In this document: positions 27,606 to 30,217 of the stretch, one piece after another | Numbering within the stretch: position 1 is the first letter of the stretch | Layout of the letters: every line of letters starts with the position of its first letter | From: a virus | Lineage: Duplodnaviria > Caudoviricetes | IMG/VR virus record: IMGVR_UViG_3300025759_000446 | Location: 1-30,217 of that record | Direction: 5' to 3' (one strand) | Length of the DNA: 30,217 nucleotides | Notes under the pieces: model-generated | The model's database searches: none | What the model saw: only the letters and a program-made list of their open reading frames with translations | Told to the model about the DNA's origin: nothing | Program-made: the position numbers and the translations under genes

Positions 27606-30053
27606 TTATGCAAAAAAGAACTCACTATTCCGCAATTCATTAATATCTAAGTCACCTTTTTGCGGAACTTCAGGCAACTTAGTCTTGTACTCTTCAGGAA
27701 GCTGTCTCAATACATCATCTCTGAAATTGGCTAGTATGTCATTATCAGTAAACATCTGTATGAACGCTTCTCTTAGACTCTTATTCAATACTTCTACGTC
27801 TGCCGCAGTAGTACCAAACGAGTCATGCACGTTACAAAAGTTTTCAATACCATTCTCTAATGCAATGTTGACAGTTTCAATCATAGCCGCAGAGTCTACA
27901 GAGTGAACCAGATTAGGTGCGACTCCGTTAGACATTCTGAGTCTATCAGTTTTGTCATCTTCTACATTGATACGTGGTTTTATAACTTCACCCATGAGCA
28001 TAGCCTTAACTCTTTTAGACTTCATCTCAGGGTATGACTGATACACTGGAAAACCAACTGGTGTAACCCAATGTATAGGCAACTGTAACTTAGATACAAC
28101 ACGTGCAATATCTTGTAAGAACTTCATACCAACTCTTGCTGATTTTAAGTTATCACCGATACTGTCCCATATTATACTTGCTAAATAAGATGCAGGTTTA
28201 AACATATCGTCAATAAATGGGTGCATCTCACCTTTGTCTTTACGCTTTGTTAAGTCTTCAACAACAAAGTCCGTACAAGAATATCTGGTACTTCCATAAC
28301 AGATAGTCATAATACTTCTTTTAGTAGTTGAACGCTTTACTCCATAGTCAAGCCATTGTTGTGCATACGGTCTACCGACCTTTGCATGTTCTTTTAATTT
28401 CTCTATTACAGAGTTTGCAACTAATTGATAAATGTCTTTTGGTTTATCACTAGGTAACAAGTTTACTAGCTCACCTGCTTTTTTGTCTCGCAACATCAAA
28501 GAGTAAATTTGTAAACCATTACAAGAGCCATCAACATTAACAACTATGTTAGACACAAAGCCATCACCTTCAGCTTTAAATCTCTTCCACTCTTCAGCCC
28601 ACGCTAAAAATTGAAAAGCATTACTTGCGTCTTCCCATTGTCTATTTGTAAATGGGTCATCAACACATTTTATAATCCAGTCTTCATTATCTTTTACCCA
28701 CTGGACTCTATCCTGTAATGATATTTTATCGTTACCGTACATGTTAGCACCATGCACAGCCAACCAAAAGTCGCCTCTGTTTTCTTTTGTAATAGGTTTG
28801 CCCTTACTAAAAGACAACAACGCTTTAGCACCATTGATTGATTGATAGTTTAGAAATGCAGGTACACAGTATGCTCTGCCTCTAAAATCAAATTGTAACG
28901 GAAAGTAAACTGTGGCGTAGTTTTTAAACTTATCACCCAAGTGTAGTATCTTTGCGTACAACATTCTTTTAGAAAACATACGTGCATTTTCTGTATGCAC
29001 TATAACTGCTTCCTTCTTCCACTTACGTCTTGACTCTTTGTTATCTTTAATGTCAAGAGGCTTGTTAGGTACTTCAAGATTTTTAATAGGTGGCATACCA
29101 CCGATAGCAAGTCCTCTGTCCCAAGCCTCTGCCATTACGCCTAAGATGTATTTGTTTATTTTAAATGCGGTTGACTGCATAGCGTTTACCGCCTTGTATA
29201 CTTTAGGCATGTCAAAGTTTGCTAATTCACGTGCAAACAATTTGTTCTTTTGTTTTACTAAATCTAATGACGGTAACTCTTTAGTCCAGTAGCCGCCACC
29301 TTCAACTGAGTCCCACATTTTTGGCGGCATAACCGTCATCATGTAGTCAGGGTTTAGTAACTCATTAAAAGCATTTCTGTTTTTAATCCAGTCTCTAGTC
29401 TTTTGAGTCTGTTTAACTATCTTTGCTTTTTTATGTTTAATAGTCTCTACACCTATCTCAATCATACCAGTAGACTCAATCATAAGCTCAACAAGTCTGA
29501 GACCTACGTGTAGTTTTGTGGGCGTAGTCCACTCTTCCCAAGCCATGACATTGTCACGCTTAGAACTCTCTCTTAGTTTTCTACGCTTGTAAGTGTAATT
29601 CCAAGACCTCTTGTCCAAGTCTTGCTTGACCGTATCGTATAATTCAGGGTTAAGATGTCTGAAATTCTTTAGTGCAATCTCAGTCTCAACTTTACCACCA
29701 AGACTTATACATGTAGCGGTCAATGGTTTATATTGTGTGATTGTATTTATTATGTGCTTACCTGTAATCAAAGCCAATATCTCAGGTTCAACTTCACATA
29801 GTTTAGTGAAAGCTATAGGTGGTTTACTCACAGTGTTTTTAGCAGTGTAAGTTATCCAGTCACCAATAGCCATTGCTAAAGGTCTGATTGTATTGGCTAC
29901 CATTACTTTACCGTAACTGGTAACACTCTCTTCTTCACGCTCAATATGAGAATGAAGTCTTTTGTTGGTTCTATTTTTACCACTTTCAGCCATGTCCTTC
30001 TCATTAGCTTGTTGGTCAGGGAAAGTAGGCATTATTTCTAGTATCTTGGTCAA
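27606..30053 (-). CDS. gp1: Single-subunit T7-type RNA polymerase (TTG start)
   Basis: DFRGR.Y, DGSCNGLQ, R...KR..MT..YG, APN.VHS.D, VHDSFGT, C-terminal FFFA; AGGAG RBS before TTG. Confidence 0.98.
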   Translation of the reverse strand: MTKILEIMPTFPDQQANEKDMAESGKNRTNKRLHSHIEREEESVTSYGKVMVANTIRPLAMAIGDWITYTAKNTVSKPPIAFTKLCEVEPEILALITGKHIINTITQYKPLTATCISLGGKVETEIALKNFRHLNPELYDTVKQDLDKRSWNYTYKRRKLRESSKRDNVMAWEEWTTPTKLHVGLRLVELMIESTGMIEIGVETIKHKKAKIVKQTQKTRDWIKNRNAFNELLNPDYMMTVMPPKMWDSVEGGGYWTKELPSLDLVKQKNKLFARELANFDMPKVYKAVNAMQSTAFKINKYILGVMAEAWDRGLAIGGMPPIKNLEVPNKPLDIKDNKESRRKWKKEAVIVHTENARMFSKRMLYAKILHLGDKFKNYATVYFPLQFDFRGRAYCVPAFLNYQSINGAKALLSFSKGKPITKENRGDFWLAVHGANMYGNDKISLQDRVQWVKDNEDWIIKCVDDPFTNRQWEDASNAFQFLAWAEEWKRFKAEGDGFVSNIVVNVDGSCNGLQIYSLMLRDKKAGELVNLLPSDKPKDIYQLVANSVIEKLKEHAKVGRPYAQQWLDYGVKRSTTKRSIMTICYGSTRYSCTDFVVEDLTKRKDKGEMHPFIDDMFKPASYLASIIWDSIGDNLKSARVGMKFLQDIARVVSKLQLPIHWVTPVGFPVYQSYPEMKSKRVKAMLMGEVIKPRINVEDDKTDRLRMSNGVAPNLVHSVDSAAMIETVNIALENGIENFCNVHDSFGTTAADVEVLNKSLREAFIQMFTDNDILANFRDDVLRQLPEEYKTKLPEVPQKGDLDINELRNSEFFFA

Positions 30054-30089
30054 AGTAACTCCTATAAGTTTATGTGTTAATTTGTGCTA

Positions 30090-30106
30090 TCTACTATGGG
30101 AACTTT
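30090..30106 (-). promoter_or_regulatory. Putative phage RNAP promoter upstream of the RNAP gene
   Basis: AAAGTTCCCATAGTAGA overlapping the integrase stop codon. Confidence 0.7.
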
Positions 30107-30217
30107 ACTTGTAGTCCTCTAATATGTTAACAGCTTTTAGTAGATTTTTAGGCATTAAATGGGCGTACCTAAGTGTCATATTGTAAGACTTATGACCCAA
30201 CCATTCTTTAATAAAGT
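30105..30217 (-). CDS. int: Tyrosine recombinase/integrase, C-terminal fragment
   Basis: Hand translation FIKEWLGHKSYNMTLRYAHLMPKNLLKAVNILEDYK*; LGH-x5-T-x-RY-x-H box II with the catalytic Tyr. Not in the ORF track. Confidence 0.88.
   Translation of the reverse strand, partial: FIKEWLGHKSYNMTLRYAHLMPKNLLKAVNILEDYK

Noticed and set aside
1669-29850. Numerous plus-strand ORFs in the track (e.g. 1983..2585, 10371..10670, 15949..16230)
   Set aside because: All are antisense to well-supported genes, have no recognisable motifs and show shadow-ORF composition.
3036-30106. 17-bp dispersed repeat as CRISPR repeats or att sites
   Set aside because: Copies are kilobases apart, non-palindromic, co-oriented and placed at module starts, which fits promoters better.

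Overview
A 30-kb, AT-rich internal segment of a T7-like podophage (Autographiviridae-type) genome, encoded entirely on the minus strand. In transcription order (right to left): the C-terminus of a tyrosine integrase, single-subunit RNA polymerase, SSB, endonuclease I, gp3.5 lysozyme homologue, primase-helicase, DNA polymerase A, exonuclease, DUF3310 protein, a SpeD-like pyruvoyl decarboxylase, class I ribonucleotide reductase (nrdA/nrdB), portal, scaffold, three tiny basic ORFs, major capsid, tail tubes A/B, internal virion proteins gp13-16 and a multi-gene tail-fibre cluster that runs off the left edge. The integrase next to RNAP, nrdAB and low GC fit HTVC019P-type pelagiphages (SAR11 host inferred, not proven). 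Most notable: (i) five copies of a 17-bp putative phage promoter, one directly upstream of the RNAP gene; (ii) a gp3.5 homologue with three catalytic residues substituted; (iii) strong avoidance of GATC, GCWGC, CCNGG and GGNCC, with no Pro-Gly or Gly-Pro seen in the proteome; (iv) a cassette of three very basic microproteins plus a structured RNA leader ahead of the capsid gene; (v) a modular tail-fibre cluster. Several short ORFs missing from the supplied track were translated by hand. All family calls are from motif recognition and synteny, not database searches.
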